A stretch of DNA of 64,000 nucleotides from Candidatus Poribacteria bacterium (GTDB lineage: Bacteria > Poribacteria > WGA-4E > WGA-3G): assembly GCA_022821725.1 (NCBI GenBank), contig JAJEDB010000115.1, positions 17,457-81,456 on the forward strand, written 5' to 3'. Made by a program: the position numbers and the translations under genes. Shown here one piece after another: positions 35,246 through 44,248 of the stretch. Within the stretch, counting starts at the first letter, position 1. Each line of letters starts with the position of its first letter. The notes under the pieces were generated by a model. That model was not told the origin of the DNA. It saw only the letters and a list, made by a program, of their open reading frames with translations, and made no database searches.

Positions 35246-37936
35246 ATGAAAGGCGGACTTGATTGTAAAAAGGTGATGCTTTGGACGCATGTTGTTTTGG
35301 CGGTTTTTATGGGGTTGGTGTCTGTAGCAATAGCAGAAGAGACTGAGGTAGAATCAAGCGAAACAACATCTGAGCAAGAAGTCATAACGTTGGAAGAGAT
35401 GGTTGTGGTTGGGACGCGTGCCAAACCGCGTTCGATCCTTGAATCTGCGGTACCCATTGATGTTTTACCGAGTGCAGACTTCGTAAAACAGGGAGGCGCA
35501 GATCTCCCTGACCTGTTAAGAAACTTAGTACCCTCCTATAACGTTAATGCACAACCGATCGCTGATGCCGCGACTGTTGTCCGTCCAGCGAATCTACGCG
35601 GATTGGCACCAGATCACACGTTACTGCTCGTTAACGGCAAACGTCGCCACCGGGCTTCTGTGATTGCATGGCTCGGAAATGGGGTGTCTGATGGGGCACA
35701 GGGTGCTGATCTTTCTCCGATTCCGTCTATTGCCCTGAAACAGGTGGAGGTGCTGCGAGACGGAGCGTCGGCGCAATACGGTTCTGATGCGATCGCAGGG
35801 GTCATGAACCTCCAGCTCAAAGATAGTTATAAAGGTGGGACTTTTGAAATTAAACCCGGTATTTTCCAAGCCGGTGATGGTCTTTCATACGCTCTCGCTG
35901 GGAATATCGGTGTGGGACGAGAGGATCTCTGGACGAACCTGAGTGTAGAATACGGCGGCATGAATGAGACAGATCGGTCTATACAGCGAGATGATGCCGC
36001 CGCGCTTATGAGTGCTGGAAACACAGATGTCGCTGATCCCGCCCAACCGTGGGGACACCCTATTATTAGAGATGACATCAAGCTTTTCGCTAACTACGGG
36101 GCAGGCATTACCGATGACATTAAGTTCTACGGTCATGCGAACTACGCGCAGAAAGAAGTTGAAGGCGGTTTCTACTTCCGAAATCCTAATACCCGCGGTG
36201 CCGTGTTTAGTAACGATGGCGGTAAGACACTACTTGTCGGGAATTTGCGAGGTTTGACAGCGGAAATGACGGCGTGGGAGGCACGAAGGCAGGAAGCGGC
36301 GGCTGCCGGGCAAGCGTTTACCGAACTGTCTCCTCACGATGCTGACGATATCCCAATAACGAACAACGTTCCAGAGGCTGCTGCCTTGCAACAGGTTTTT
36401 TCTGACCCGAATCTATTCACATTCCAAGAGCTCTTTCCCGGTGGGTTTACGCCCCGCTTCGGTGCTGATACCCAAGATGCTTCGCTCCTTGTTGGATTGA
36501 AGGGAACGGTCGCGGCGGACGTGGGATGGGATTTAAGTGCTTCTTATGGACGACACGCCTCCGATTTCTTTATCAGAAATACGGTCAATGCCTCGCTCGG
36601 ACCGGACACACCGACTGAATTTGATCCAGGCAATTATATCCAAGCGGATACGAACATTAACCTTGATTTGACGTATCCATTGCACGATAGGGTGTTCCTC
36701 GCTTCTGGTTTGGAATATCGAACAGAGACCTTTGAAATTGTGCAAGGACAGATTGAGTCTTGGGAAATCGGTCCCTTGGCAAGCCAAGGATTTAGTTCAG
36801 GTTCCAATGGGTTCCCCGGTTTTAGTGATATTGCCGAAGGGAATTGGACCCGGTCTAACTTCGCTGGCTATTTGGAGAGTGAGTTGAGACCCGTCGATTT
36901 TTGGACGATTAATGCCGCTGTCCGGGGTGAGTATTTCGATGATTTTGGGAGCACAATCAACTATAAAATCGCAACGAGCTATGGTATTACCGACACGCTC
37001 AAGTCATTGCTTCCGGTGGGTCCTGGTGTTGACCTAAGGGCGCGCGGTAGTTACAGCACCGGTTTCAGGGCACCCACACCGGGACAGCAAAACGCCTTTA
37101 ACGTCACAACGGAATTCGGTGAGAACAATACGCTCGTCAATAAGGGAACGATTCCTTCCACACATGGTGCCGCACGTTTGGTCGGTGGTAAGACACTCGC
37201 GCCGGAAAAGTCAAAGAATTTTACCGTTGGAACGGTGGTCAGTCACGCGATTGTGAGTATCACTGTCGACTACTTCAATATCACGGTGGAGGATCGGTTA
37301 GCACCTTCAAAGGATTTCAACCGTGGGACAGATATTACTGAGGCACACATTCAGCAACTTGTGGCTGAAGGTATCACGAGCGCAGGGAACTTGCAAGAAT
37401 TCCGGTTCTTTACCAATGAATTTGAAACGAGCACGCAAGGGATTGATGTAATTCTCACGGCACCAGTATTGGAGGGTGCGCTGAGTCTCGCTTACAACTA
37501 TACCGGAACGGAGGTAACCAAACACAATCCCGATATTCTCAACGAGGTCCGTATCAACCTCATACAGGAAGGAATTCCGCGCCATCGCGGAAATGTGACA
37601 TTAACCCAAGCCATCGGCAACAGTCTGGGGGTATTGGGCAGAGTCAATTACTACGGTCCTTGGTACGAGAACGCTGTCGGTGCACAAACCTATGCCAGCG
37701 CGTTTCTGGTGGACCTTGAAGTGAGTTACGCAGTCGTTGAGGACTTGGGCATTACAATTGGTGTGAATAATGTTCTCAATGTAGAACCGGATAATATTAC
37801 TTCGGCAGAGGGACCTCCAGTGCCTTTCGATATTAAAGAATTTCCAGCCAGAATCGTTGGTAGACCCTTCGGTGAGTATAGTCCTTATGGGTTTGGCGGT
37901 GCGTTCTATTATACCAAAATTGGTTACAGTTTTTAG
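35246..37936 (+). CDS. TonB-dependent outer-membrane receptor, copy 2 (tandem paralog)
   Basis: Collinear with copy 1. LEEMVVVGTRA plug, 896 aa, C-terminal ...KIGYSF. Confidence 0.9.
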   Translation: MKGGLDCKKVMLWTHVVLAVFMGLVSVAIAEETEVESSETTSEQEVITLEEMVVVGTRAKPRSILESAVPIDVLPSADFVKQGGADLPDLLRNLVPSYNVNAQPIADAATVVRPANLRGLAPDHTLLLVNGKRRHRASVIAWLGNGVSDGAQGADLSPIPSIALKQVEVLRDGASAQYGSDAIAGVMNLQLKDSYKGGTFEIKPGIFQAGDGLSYALAGNIGVGREDLWTNLSVEYGGMNETDRSIQRDDAAALMSAGNTDVADPAQPWGHPIIRDDIKLFANYGAGITDDIKFYGHANYAQKEVEGGFYFRNPNTRGAVFSNDGGKTLLVGNLRGLTAEMTAWEARRQEAAAAGQAFTELSPHDADDIPITNNVPEAAALQQVFSDPNLFTFQELFPGGFTPRFGADTQDASLLVGLKGTVAADVGWDLSASYGRHASDFFIRNTVNASLGPDTPTEFDPGNYIQADTNINLDLTYPLHDRVFLASGLEYRTETFEIVQGQIESWEIGPLASQGFSSGSNGFPGFSDIAEGNWTRSNFAGYLESELRPVDFWTINAAVRGEYFDDFGSTINYKIATSYGITDTLKSLLPVGPGVDLRARGSYSTGFRAPTPGQQNAFNVTTEFGENNTLVNKGTIPSTHGAARLVGGKTLAPEKSKNFTVGTVVSHAIVSITVDYFNITVEDRLAPSKDFNRGTDITEAHIQQLVAEGITSAGNLQEFRFFTNEFETSTQGIDVILTAPVLEGALSLAYNYTGTEVTKHNPDILNEVRINLIQEGIPRHRGNVTLTQAIGNSLGVLGRVNYYGPWYENAVGAQTYASAFLVDLEVSYAVVEDLGITIGVNNVLNVEPDNITSAEGPPVPFDIKEFPARIVGRPFGEYSPYGFGGAFYYTKIGYSF

Positions 37937-38081
37937 GAATCAGACGGTTTTTATTCACACTGTCAAAGGTGGAAAGATCCAGTTCCATCAATTTATTTTT
38001 CCATAATACTTGCAATTATAGATATTACGCATGCTGCCTCCGGCTCCGCTGGAGCGGTATGTCTATAGAGAGGAAATAAAA

Positions 38082-38918
38082 ATGAGCAATCAGAACCGAG
38101 ACGCAGAATATACAATGGGCCGCAGCGCAGAAGAAACAGAACGTTTAATCGAGCAATCACAACTCTATGACGATGTGACACGGCGTTTTTTTCTCAGGAG
38201 CGGCATAGCGAAAGGGATGAAGGTCCTTGATGTTGGAAGTGGTGCCGGGGATGTGGCACTCACAGTCGCCGAATTTGTCGGTCCCGACGGCACGGTTATT
38301 GGGGTAGATGTGAACCCTGATATTCTCAAAACAGCGCAAGACCGAGCGGATGCCGCGGGGTTTTCAAACGTTGAATTCATCGCCGGTGATGCCCGAATCC
38401 TTGAACTTCCAAACGATTTTGATGCCATCGTGGGCAGACTTGTCCTGCTGTATATGGCAGACCCAGCGGAAGCCCTTAAAAAGTTAGTTACCCATCTCCG
38501 CAGCGGCGGTATTGTTGCCTTTCAGGATACTGAACTTTCGCTCTACCGGACTGTAACACATCCGGCGACACCCCTGATTAACCAGTTGATTGAATGGGGG
38601 CTCGCGGTATTTGAACGTTCAGGCGCACATCTTGGAATGGGCATGGATCTTTACAAGACCTTTGTTGAGGCGGGATTGCCCGAACCGAGTTTACATTTTG
38701 AGACACCGATGGGTGGCCCTGAGGACTGGCCCGGGTTTGAGTATCTCGCGAACAGTTTCCGAAGTCTCGTTCCGCTGATGGAGGCTTATGGGATTGCCAC
38801 GGCTGAGGATGTAGATATTGACACACTCGCCGAGCGCATACAGGCGGAAGTCGCTACATCGAAACGGCCCCTCTTGTTGCCACCCCATATCACGGCGCAT
38901 ACGTCTCTACCAGCATAG
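38082..38918 (+). CDS. class I SAM-dependent methyltransferase, copy 1
   Basis: Motif I VLDVGSGAGDVA and DAIVGRLVLLYM. Start moved to ATG 38082 (A-rich context). Confidence 0.75.
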   Translation: MSNQNRDAEYTMGRSAEETERLIEQSQLYDDVTRRFFLRSGIAKGMKVLDVGSGAGDVALTVAEFVGPDGTVIGVDVNPDILKTAQDRADAAGFSNVEFIAGDARILELPNDFDAIVGRLVLLYMADPAEALKKLVTHLRSGGIVAFQDTELSLYRTVTHPATPLINQLIEWGLAVFERSGAHLGMGMDLYKTFVEAGLPEPSLHFETPMGGPEDWPGFEYLANSFRSLVPLMEAYGIATAEDVDIDTLAERIQAEVATSKRPLLLPPHITAHTSLPA

Positions 38919-39791
38919 ATGGTGCCACGCATGGCGAAAAATAACGCAGGCAGCTTACACACGCCACATCGCGATGCCACCTATACGTTAGGGCGCACCT
39001 CACACGAAACAACGCGCCTCATTGAGCAGTCAAAAATCTATGGGGAATCGACGCGACGGCTCTGTGAGCGTGCCGGTATAACGCAGGGGATGCGGGTCCT
39101 CGAAATCGGGAGTGGTGCGGGTGATGTCGCGCTCACCCTCGCTGAACTCGTCGGACCGACAGGACAGGTGATGGGTGTAGACATCAACGCCACAATTCTT
39201 GACACCGCGCGCCAACGAGCCACCCATGCCGGCGTGCGAAATGTGGAATTTATTGCAGGCGATGCGCGAGGGCTTACCTTCGCGGAACAATTTGATGCGA
39301 TTGTTGGACGGTTTGTCTTGATGTATATGGCGGATCCACGAAACGCATTCGCGAAATTGATGACCCATTTAAAGCCGGGCGGCATTGCCGCCTTTCAAGA
39401 GCCAGAATATACGCTCTATCCCGCGCTTTTACATCCCGATACGCCCCTCGTAAACCAACTGATTCGATGGATTTTGGACGTGTTTGAACATTCCGGTGCC
39501 CATCTTGACATGGGGGTTGGGCTTTATCGCGCTTTTGTTGACGCGGGTTTGCCGCCACCAACCATGCATCTGGAATCGCCTATCGGTGCCGCCAAAACTT
39601 GGGCAGGATACCGATACATGGCAACGATCTTCCAAAGTCTCCTGCCCCTCTTAGAGAAATATGGGCTGGCGACAGCAGAACAGGTCGATGTGGATACATT
39701 AGCCGCACGGCTTCGAGAAGAGGTGCTCGCATCGAAACGTCCATTTTTCTTGCCGTTGCATATAACCGCGCATGCAACGCTTCCAACCTAA
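38919..39791 (+). CDS. class I SAM-dependent methyltransferase, copy 2 (tandem paralog)
   Basis: Motif I VLEIGSGAGDVA. Collinear with copy 1. ATG abuts the preceding TAG (alternative start at 38931). Confidence 0.75.
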   Translation: MVPRMAKNNAGSLHTPHRDATYTLGRTSHETTRLIEQSKIYGESTRRLCERAGITQGMRVLEIGSGAGDVALTLAELVGPTGQVMGVDINATILDTARQRATHAGVRNVEFIAGDARGLTFAEQFDAIVGRFVLMYMADPRNAFAKLMTHLKPGGIAAFQEPEYTLYPALLHPDTPLVNQLIRWILDVFEHSGAHLDMGVGLYRAFVDAGLPPPTMHLESPIGAAKTWAGYRYMATIFQSLLPLLEKYGLATAEQVDVDTLAARLREEVLASKRPFFLPLHITAHATLPT

Positions 39792-39818
39792 ATTTCGTAA
39801 AAAATTGTGATTTTTAGG

Positions 39819-39847
39819 TTGATATACATATTGGAATGTGGTATAAT
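39819..39847 (+). promoter_or_regulatory. sigma70-type promoter, TTGATA-17-TATAAT (extended -10)
   Basis: TTGATA 39819-39824, 17-nt spacer ending TGTGG, TATAAT 39842-39847. Implies a 5' UTR of about 160 nt for rpsF. Confidence 0.65.
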
Positions 39848-40011
39848 TATATTAACTAAAATTAAAGAATCGAATTCCATCTCATCTGTAATCGCCTTGT
39901 TCATTTAAAGGTGATTCACAGGCATCGGGTGGGGTTCACTTAATTAATCTCTGTTCCCCGCTTTTGTTTCAAAAGCTGTGGAGCCATCAGTCCGAAGAGA
40001 GGCATGAAAAT

Positions 40012-40440
40012 TTGAATCCTTACGAACTCCTGCTTATCATTACACCCGACCACGATGAAAACGAAGCAGAGGCTCTTACGAATCAAGTCAAGAGCATCAT
40101 CGAAGGTGGCGGGACACTCCTGAAGGTTGATCCCTGGGGGAAAAAACGACTCGCCTATCCTATCCGGAAACGGAGTGAAGGCTATTATGTGCTCTACATT
40201 TTTGAGTGTGCACCGAGTTTTGTTGCCGAATTGAATCAATCCCTACATGTCATTGAATCGATTTTGCGGTATATGATCGTCCAGTATGAGGATGATATTG
40301 ATAAATTGAAGGCAGAACTCACCCCTAAGGCGGCTGGATCCGCAACGTCAGATGGGAAATCAACCTCAAGTGATAATGCAGCGGCTAAAGATAAAACAGA
40401 TGATGCCGCGGCGGCTGAAGATACAACAGCGTCTGCCTGA
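40012..40440 (+). CDS. rpsF: 30S ribosomal protein S6
   Basis: NPYELLLIITPD..PWGKKRLAYPI. Start placed at TTG 40012 behind GAGAGG by analogy with the usual MRHYEIVF N-terminus. Acidic/Ala-rich tail. Confidence 0.85.
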   Translation: MNPYELLLIITPDHDENEAEALTNQVKSIIEGGGTLLKVDPWGKKRLAYPIRKRSEGYYVLYIFECAPSFVAELNQSLHVIESILRYMIVQYEDDIDKLKAELTPKAAGSATSDGKSTSSDNAAAKDKTDDAAAAEDTTASA

Positions 40441-40525
40441 AAGAAGCATCATCCAAATTTAAACGAGTTTTTGGCGTGTGGGCTCCCTCAAAAGGGCTGA
40501 GCCTACACATAAAAAAGGAGAAACC

Positions 40526-40996
40526 ATGGCAAGTTACAACAAGGTCATTCTGATGGGGAATCTTACCCGTGACCCTGAAGTGAAATTCCTTCCGAGCGGG
40601 ACGGCCATCGCGAATTTCGGATTGGCTATGAATGAAAGTTACACCGATCAACAGACGGGTGAACGGAAAGACGTTCCCTGTTTTGTTGATGTAGAAGCAT
40701 GGGGTAGGCAGGCGGAAATAGTGGGTGAATATTTCAGTAAGGGCAGACCGATTCTGATTGAAGGTTCCCTCAGATATGATTCCTGGGAAGCTGACGATGG
40801 CACGAAGCGGAACCGTCTTAAAGTTCGCCTGCAGCGGTTTCAGTTTGTCGGGAGACGTGAGGACAACGAGGCGGACGGCGGTTACGCCGATGCCCAACCC
40901 GCAGCTCCATCAGGGCAAACTGCAGCGTATCAGGACGCGCCCGCACCCACTGCGAGCGGTGCACCTTCTGCAACAGAGGACGACATTCCGTTTTAG
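40526..40996 (+). CDS. ssb: single-stranded DNA-binding protein
   Basis: MASYNKVILMGNLTRDPE OB-fold start, Gly/Pro/Gln-rich linker, C-terminal acidic tip DDIPF. Confidence 0.95.
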   Translation: MASYNKVILMGNLTRDPEVKFLPSGTAIANFGLAMNESYTDQQTGERKDVPCFVDVEAWGRQAEIVGEYFSKGRPILIEGSLRYDSWEADDGTKRNRLKVRLQRFQFVGRREDNEADGGYADAQPAAPSGQTAAYQDAPAPTASGAPSATEDDIPF

Positions 40997-41010
40997 CAAG
41001 AGTGATGTTC

Positions 41011-41044
41011 GGGGAGAACCACTGTCGTTCAGAGGTTCTCCCTC
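41011..41044 (+). terminator. hairpin after ssb (part of a heptamer-repeat module)
   Basis: GGGGAGAACCactgtcgttcagaGGTTCTCCCtC. No clear T-run, so terminator function is uncertain. Confidence 0.35.
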
Positions 41045-41047
41045 TTT

Positions 41048-41079
41048 AACTGACAACTGATAACTGATAACTGACAACC
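41048..41079 (+). repeat. tandem heptamer array (AACTGAY) x4.5
   Basis: aactgac aactgat aactgat aactgac aacc, ending 19 nt before the rpsR ATG. Confidence 0.85.
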
Positions 41080-41098
41080 ATAAAGGAACAAAATCAAT

Positions 41099-41299
41099 AT
41101 GGCATTCCGTCGGAGGCAGCGCTATCATAAGATAGAATCTTTCGATTACAAAGATGTGGATACGCTGCGAAAATTTATTAATGAACGTGGTAAGATTGTG
41201 AGTCGCCGGGTCACCGGACTATCGGCGAAGCAACAACGAATGGTAACACGGGCAGTCAAACGCGCCCGTAATATGGCACTATTGCCGTTTACGCGATAG
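41099..41299 (+). CDS. rpsR: 30S ribosomal protein S18
   Basis: [33 protein letters not shown]. Confidence 0.95.
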   Translation: MAFRRRQRYHKIESFDYKDVDTLRKFINERGKIVSRRVTGLSAKQQRMVTRAVKRARNMALLPFTR

Positions 41300-41380
41300 C
41301 GGTAGGGATGCAGACACGGACAATAGGTGTCCCTGTGAAGGATGGATTTTTTTTCAAAAATCTAAACCGAAAACTTTTCT

Positions 41381-41472
41381 ACCGTAGCCCGTAATGAAAT
41401 GGAGGGCGGATCTCAGGAACGCACGTAAAATATCCAAATTCACGTCGTTTCTCCGCAAGGTATAATTAAAAA
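41381..41472 (+). repeat. start-codon-abutting leader repeat (short version)
   Basis: accGTAGCCCgtaatgaaatggaGGGCgga...ttcacgtcgtttctCCGCAAGGTATAATTAAAAA followed by ATG. Shares its head and tail with 44150-44248 and 46645-46761. Confidence 0.7.
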
Positions 41473-41919
41473 ATGGAAGTCATTCTAAAGGAAAGTGTTG
41501 AAGGTCTCGGTCTACCGGGTGATGTATTGAACGTCGCAGATGGCTACGCACGTAACTACCTGCTTCCGATGCAGTTAGCCGTGCACGCAACCGAACGGAA
41601 CCGTAGACACTTAGAGCATGAGAAACGGGTCATTGATCATCAAGAGACAAAAAATAAGGAACGGGCACGTGAAATCGCCGCACAGATGGCGGGTGTTACA
41701 TGCACACTCAGTAGGCGTGCTGGTGAAAACGATCGTCTCTTCGGATCAGTTACCTCTATGGATATCGCAGAAAATTTGCGAACGCAGGGGTTCGATTTGG
41801 AACGGCGGTTCTTTGAACTCGCTGAGCCTATTCGTGAACTCGGCGTGTTCATGGTACCGGTCAAATTGTATACAGAAGTCGTCGTTGAACTCCGCGTTGT
41901 TGTCGAACGCGAAGATTAA
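41473..41919 (+). CDS. rplI: 50S ribosomal protein L9
   Basis: MEVILKESVEGLGLPGDVLNVADGYARNYLLP. Confidence 0.95.
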   Translation: MEVILKESVEGLGLPGDVLNVADGYARNYLLPMQLAVHATERNRRHLEHEKRVIDHQETKNKERAREIAAQMAGVTCTLSRRAGENDRLFGSVTSMDIAENLRTQGFDLERRFFELAEPIRELGVFMVPVKLYTEVVVELRVVVERED

Positions 41920-41921
41920 TT

Positions 41922-43253
41922 ATGCAGGCACAACTGGTTGATTCTCTCTCTGACAAGGAAGCTGAACAAGCGATTCTGGGCGCAATGATGACCGAAAAGT
42001 CGGTGATTCCGCCAGTAATCACCAAGCTCGGTCAGACTGCTGATGTGTTTCTCACTGTAGATCATCAGCTTATCTATTCAGCGATCCTTGCGGTGTATGA
42101 CCGCGTTAGCAAGGCAGATCCCCTGCTTGTTGCTGATGAACTGAAGAAAGGAGACCAGTTGAACCGGGCGGGCGGAACGGAATACCTATACGAACTACAA
42201 GCGCCTATCGTGGAGACCGAGAGTACGGAGTTCTACGCAGATATCCTGTATGAAAAAGCAACGCGCCGTCGGCTCATTCGAGCAACCGCTCAGATTCGTG
42301 AGATGGCATACGACGAAGGTGTAGCGATTACGGAAGTATTGAATCAATCACAGGAAGCCGTCTTTGATCTGAGTCAGTCAGATACCCAACGCGGGTTTGT
42401 CGCTATTCATTCATTACTCACAGAGAGTCTTAACGCCGTTGAACGTTTGTATCACAAAAAGAGTAGATTTTTAGGCGTGCCGACCGGTTTTATGGATTTT
42501 GATCATCTGACGTCAGGGCTGCAGCCCGGTAATCTTATCATCATTGCGGCGCGACCGAGCATGGGAAAAACAACTTTGGTGCTGAACATCGCCCAAAACG
42601 TTGCCCTTGAACAAAAGCGTCCAGTCGCCGTTTTTAGTCTTGAGATGCCTTCCCAAGATATCGCGATGCGAATGTTAGCCACCGAATCCCGGATTGATTT
42701 TGGGCGGCTCCGAACCGGTAACTTCAGCGAAGATCAGTGGAGACCCTTGACCGATGGCGCAAGTCGATTGGCGAAAGCACCGATCCTCATTAACGATAAT
42801 CGCGGGCTTACCGTTCAAAGTCTGCGCGCCGAGGGACGCCGTTTAAAAGGCGAACATAGCGATCTCGCACTCATTATCGTGGATTACCTGCAACTCTTGA
42901 GAGGGACGGGCAGGTATCACGCCCGTGAACAGGAGATCTCTGAAATTTCACGCGCCTTGAAAATCCTTGCGTGGGAACTGAATGTGCCAATTATCGCGTG
43001 TTCGCAATTGAGTCGTGAGATTGAACGGCGCCCTGATAAACGTCCGCAACTTTCAGATTTACGGGAGTCCGGGGCAATCGAGCAAGATGCCGACCTCGTT
43101 GCCTTTTTACACCGCGATGATTATTACGAAGATGAAGATGTCGGGGACAGGGTTGAAGCCTATATCATGATAAAAAAACAGCGGAACGGACCAACCGGGA
43201 CGGTTATTCTTTATTTTACCAAAAACGAAATGCGCTTTGAAAATTCCAATTAA
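41922..43253 (+). CDS. dnaB: replicative DNA helicase
   Basis: AEQAILGAMM N-terminal domain, Walker A AARPSMGKTT, Walker B IIVDYLQL, SQLSR. Confidence 0.95.
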   Translation: MQAQLVDSLSDKEAEQAILGAMMTEKSVIPPVITKLGQTADVFLTVDHQLIYSAILAVYDRVSKADPLLVADELKKGDQLNRAGGTEYLYELQAPIVETESTEFYADILYEKATRRRLIRATAQIREMAYDEGVAITEVLNQSQEAVFDLSQSDTQRGFVAIHSLLTESLNAVERLYHKKSRFLGVPTGFMDFDHLTSGLQPGNLIIIAARPSMGKTTLVLNIAQNVALEQKRPVAVFSLEMPSQDIAMRMLATESRIDFGRLRTGNFSEDQWRPLTDGASRLAKAPILINDNRGLTVQSLRAEGRRLKGEHSDLALIIVDYLQLLRGTGRYHAREQEISEISRALKILAWELNVPIIACSQLSREIERRPDKRPQLSDLRESGAIEQDADLVAFLHRDDYYEDEDVGDRVEAYIMIKKQRNGPTGTVILYFTKNEMRFENSN

Positions 43254-43260
43254 ATAAAAA

Positions 43261-44085
43261 ATGGAGCAGCAGTCCACTTTACACGAAGCCAATGGTGGTT
43301 TCCCTGATTTGGTTAAGATTCGGTTGCACAAAGTGCTTGCCGAGATAGGACACGCCTTTACGCTCTTTTTTCAAACCCTAATCCAAATTTTCCGTCCTCC
43401 CTTTCAGTTTGATCTGTTAGTTAAGCAGTTGTTGTTAATCGGTTTCAATTCTTTGGCGGTCGTTATTGTCTCTGGGTTTTTCACGGGAATGGTATTGGGT
43501 GTCCAGGGATACATTCAGCTCAAACCTTATGCAGTGGAAGGTTCGGTCGCGAGGTTCGTCTGTGTCTCAGTCGTGAAGGAACTCGGCCCGATGATTACCG
43601 CCTTTGTGCTTGCGGGACGTATCGGCGCATCAATTACCGCTGAGCTTTCAACGATGAAGGTTACGGAGCAAATTGATGCCCTTGAAGTGATGGGCACAAA
43701 TCCTGTTAAGTATCTGGTCGTGCCGCGTTTTCTCGCCTGTTCTATAATGTTACCGACACTTACGATCTATTCGACATTTGCGGGCATCGGCGGGGGGTTT
43801 GTCGCTGTTGTTACGCTATTCGATGTAAATGGCTCCTTTTTTCTCTTGGAAGTGCAGAAGAATCTGTTTGTCGGAAGCGTTCTCATTAGTTTGATTAAAG
43901 CGACCTCTTTTGGAATGGCGATTGCTGCCGTGGGGTGCTACAAGGGTTTTAGTATCTCGACAGCAGGGGGCGCAGAGGGGGTCGGAATTGCGACAACTGG
44001 CTCTGCTGTAATCTCTCTTATTGCGATTCTCGTTTTAGATTTTGTCTTGAATCATGTACTCTTTAACATTTTGGGGTTGGTATAA
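43261..44085 (+). CDS. mlaE: MlaE-family ABC transporter permease
   Basis: VKELGPMITAFVLAGRIGASITAELSTMKVTEQIDALEVMG is the MlaE/Ttg2B signature. Confidence 0.85.
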   Translation: MEQQSTLHEANGGFPDLVKIRLHKVLAEIGHAFTLFFQTLIQIFRPPFQFDLLVKQLLLIGFNSLAVVIVSGFFTGMVLGVQGYIQLKPYAVEGSVARFVCVSVVKELGPMITAFVLAGRIGASITAELSTMKVTEQIDALEVMGTNPVKYLVVPRFLACSIMLPTLTIYSTFAGIGGGFVAVVTLFDVNGSFFLLEVQKNLFVGSVLISLIKATSFGMAIAAVGCYKGFSISTAGGAEGVGIATTGSAVISLIAILVLDFVLNHVLFNILGLV

Positions 44086-44248
44086 TTAGCCGTCAGGCAT
44101 CAGCCGTCGGTAAAGAGGTTTTCACCTCATAAAGGTTTCCTCAGTGTATAAGTAAAAACCGTAGCCTGCAACAACGGTGCCGGCGGACATGAGCAACGCC
44201 CGTCAAAGTCCAAACGCACGCTGTGTCTCCGCAAGGTAAAATTAAAAT
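44086..44248 (+). repeat. mosaic leader repeat, full-length copy L1
   Basis: Fills the whole mlaE-stop to mlaF-ATG gap and aligns almost base for base with 46593-46761. Modules: degenerate RTCAGYY heptamers, AAAGAG box, GTAG hairpin (44161-44184), CCGCAAGGTAAAATTAAAAT, then ATG. Confidence 0.85.

Noticed and set aside
40385-40897. 170-aa minus-strand ORF
   Set aside because: It is antisense to ssb and to the rpsF tail. There is no start signal and no recognisable motif.
41390-44240. Possible upstream leader peptides inside the leader repeats (e.g. MKWRADLRNARKISKFTSFLRKV before rplI, MSNARQSPNARCVSAR before mlaF)
   Set aside because: The reading frame and the peptide sequence are not conserved between repeat copies, although the DNA is. 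The conservation is therefore at the nucleotide level.
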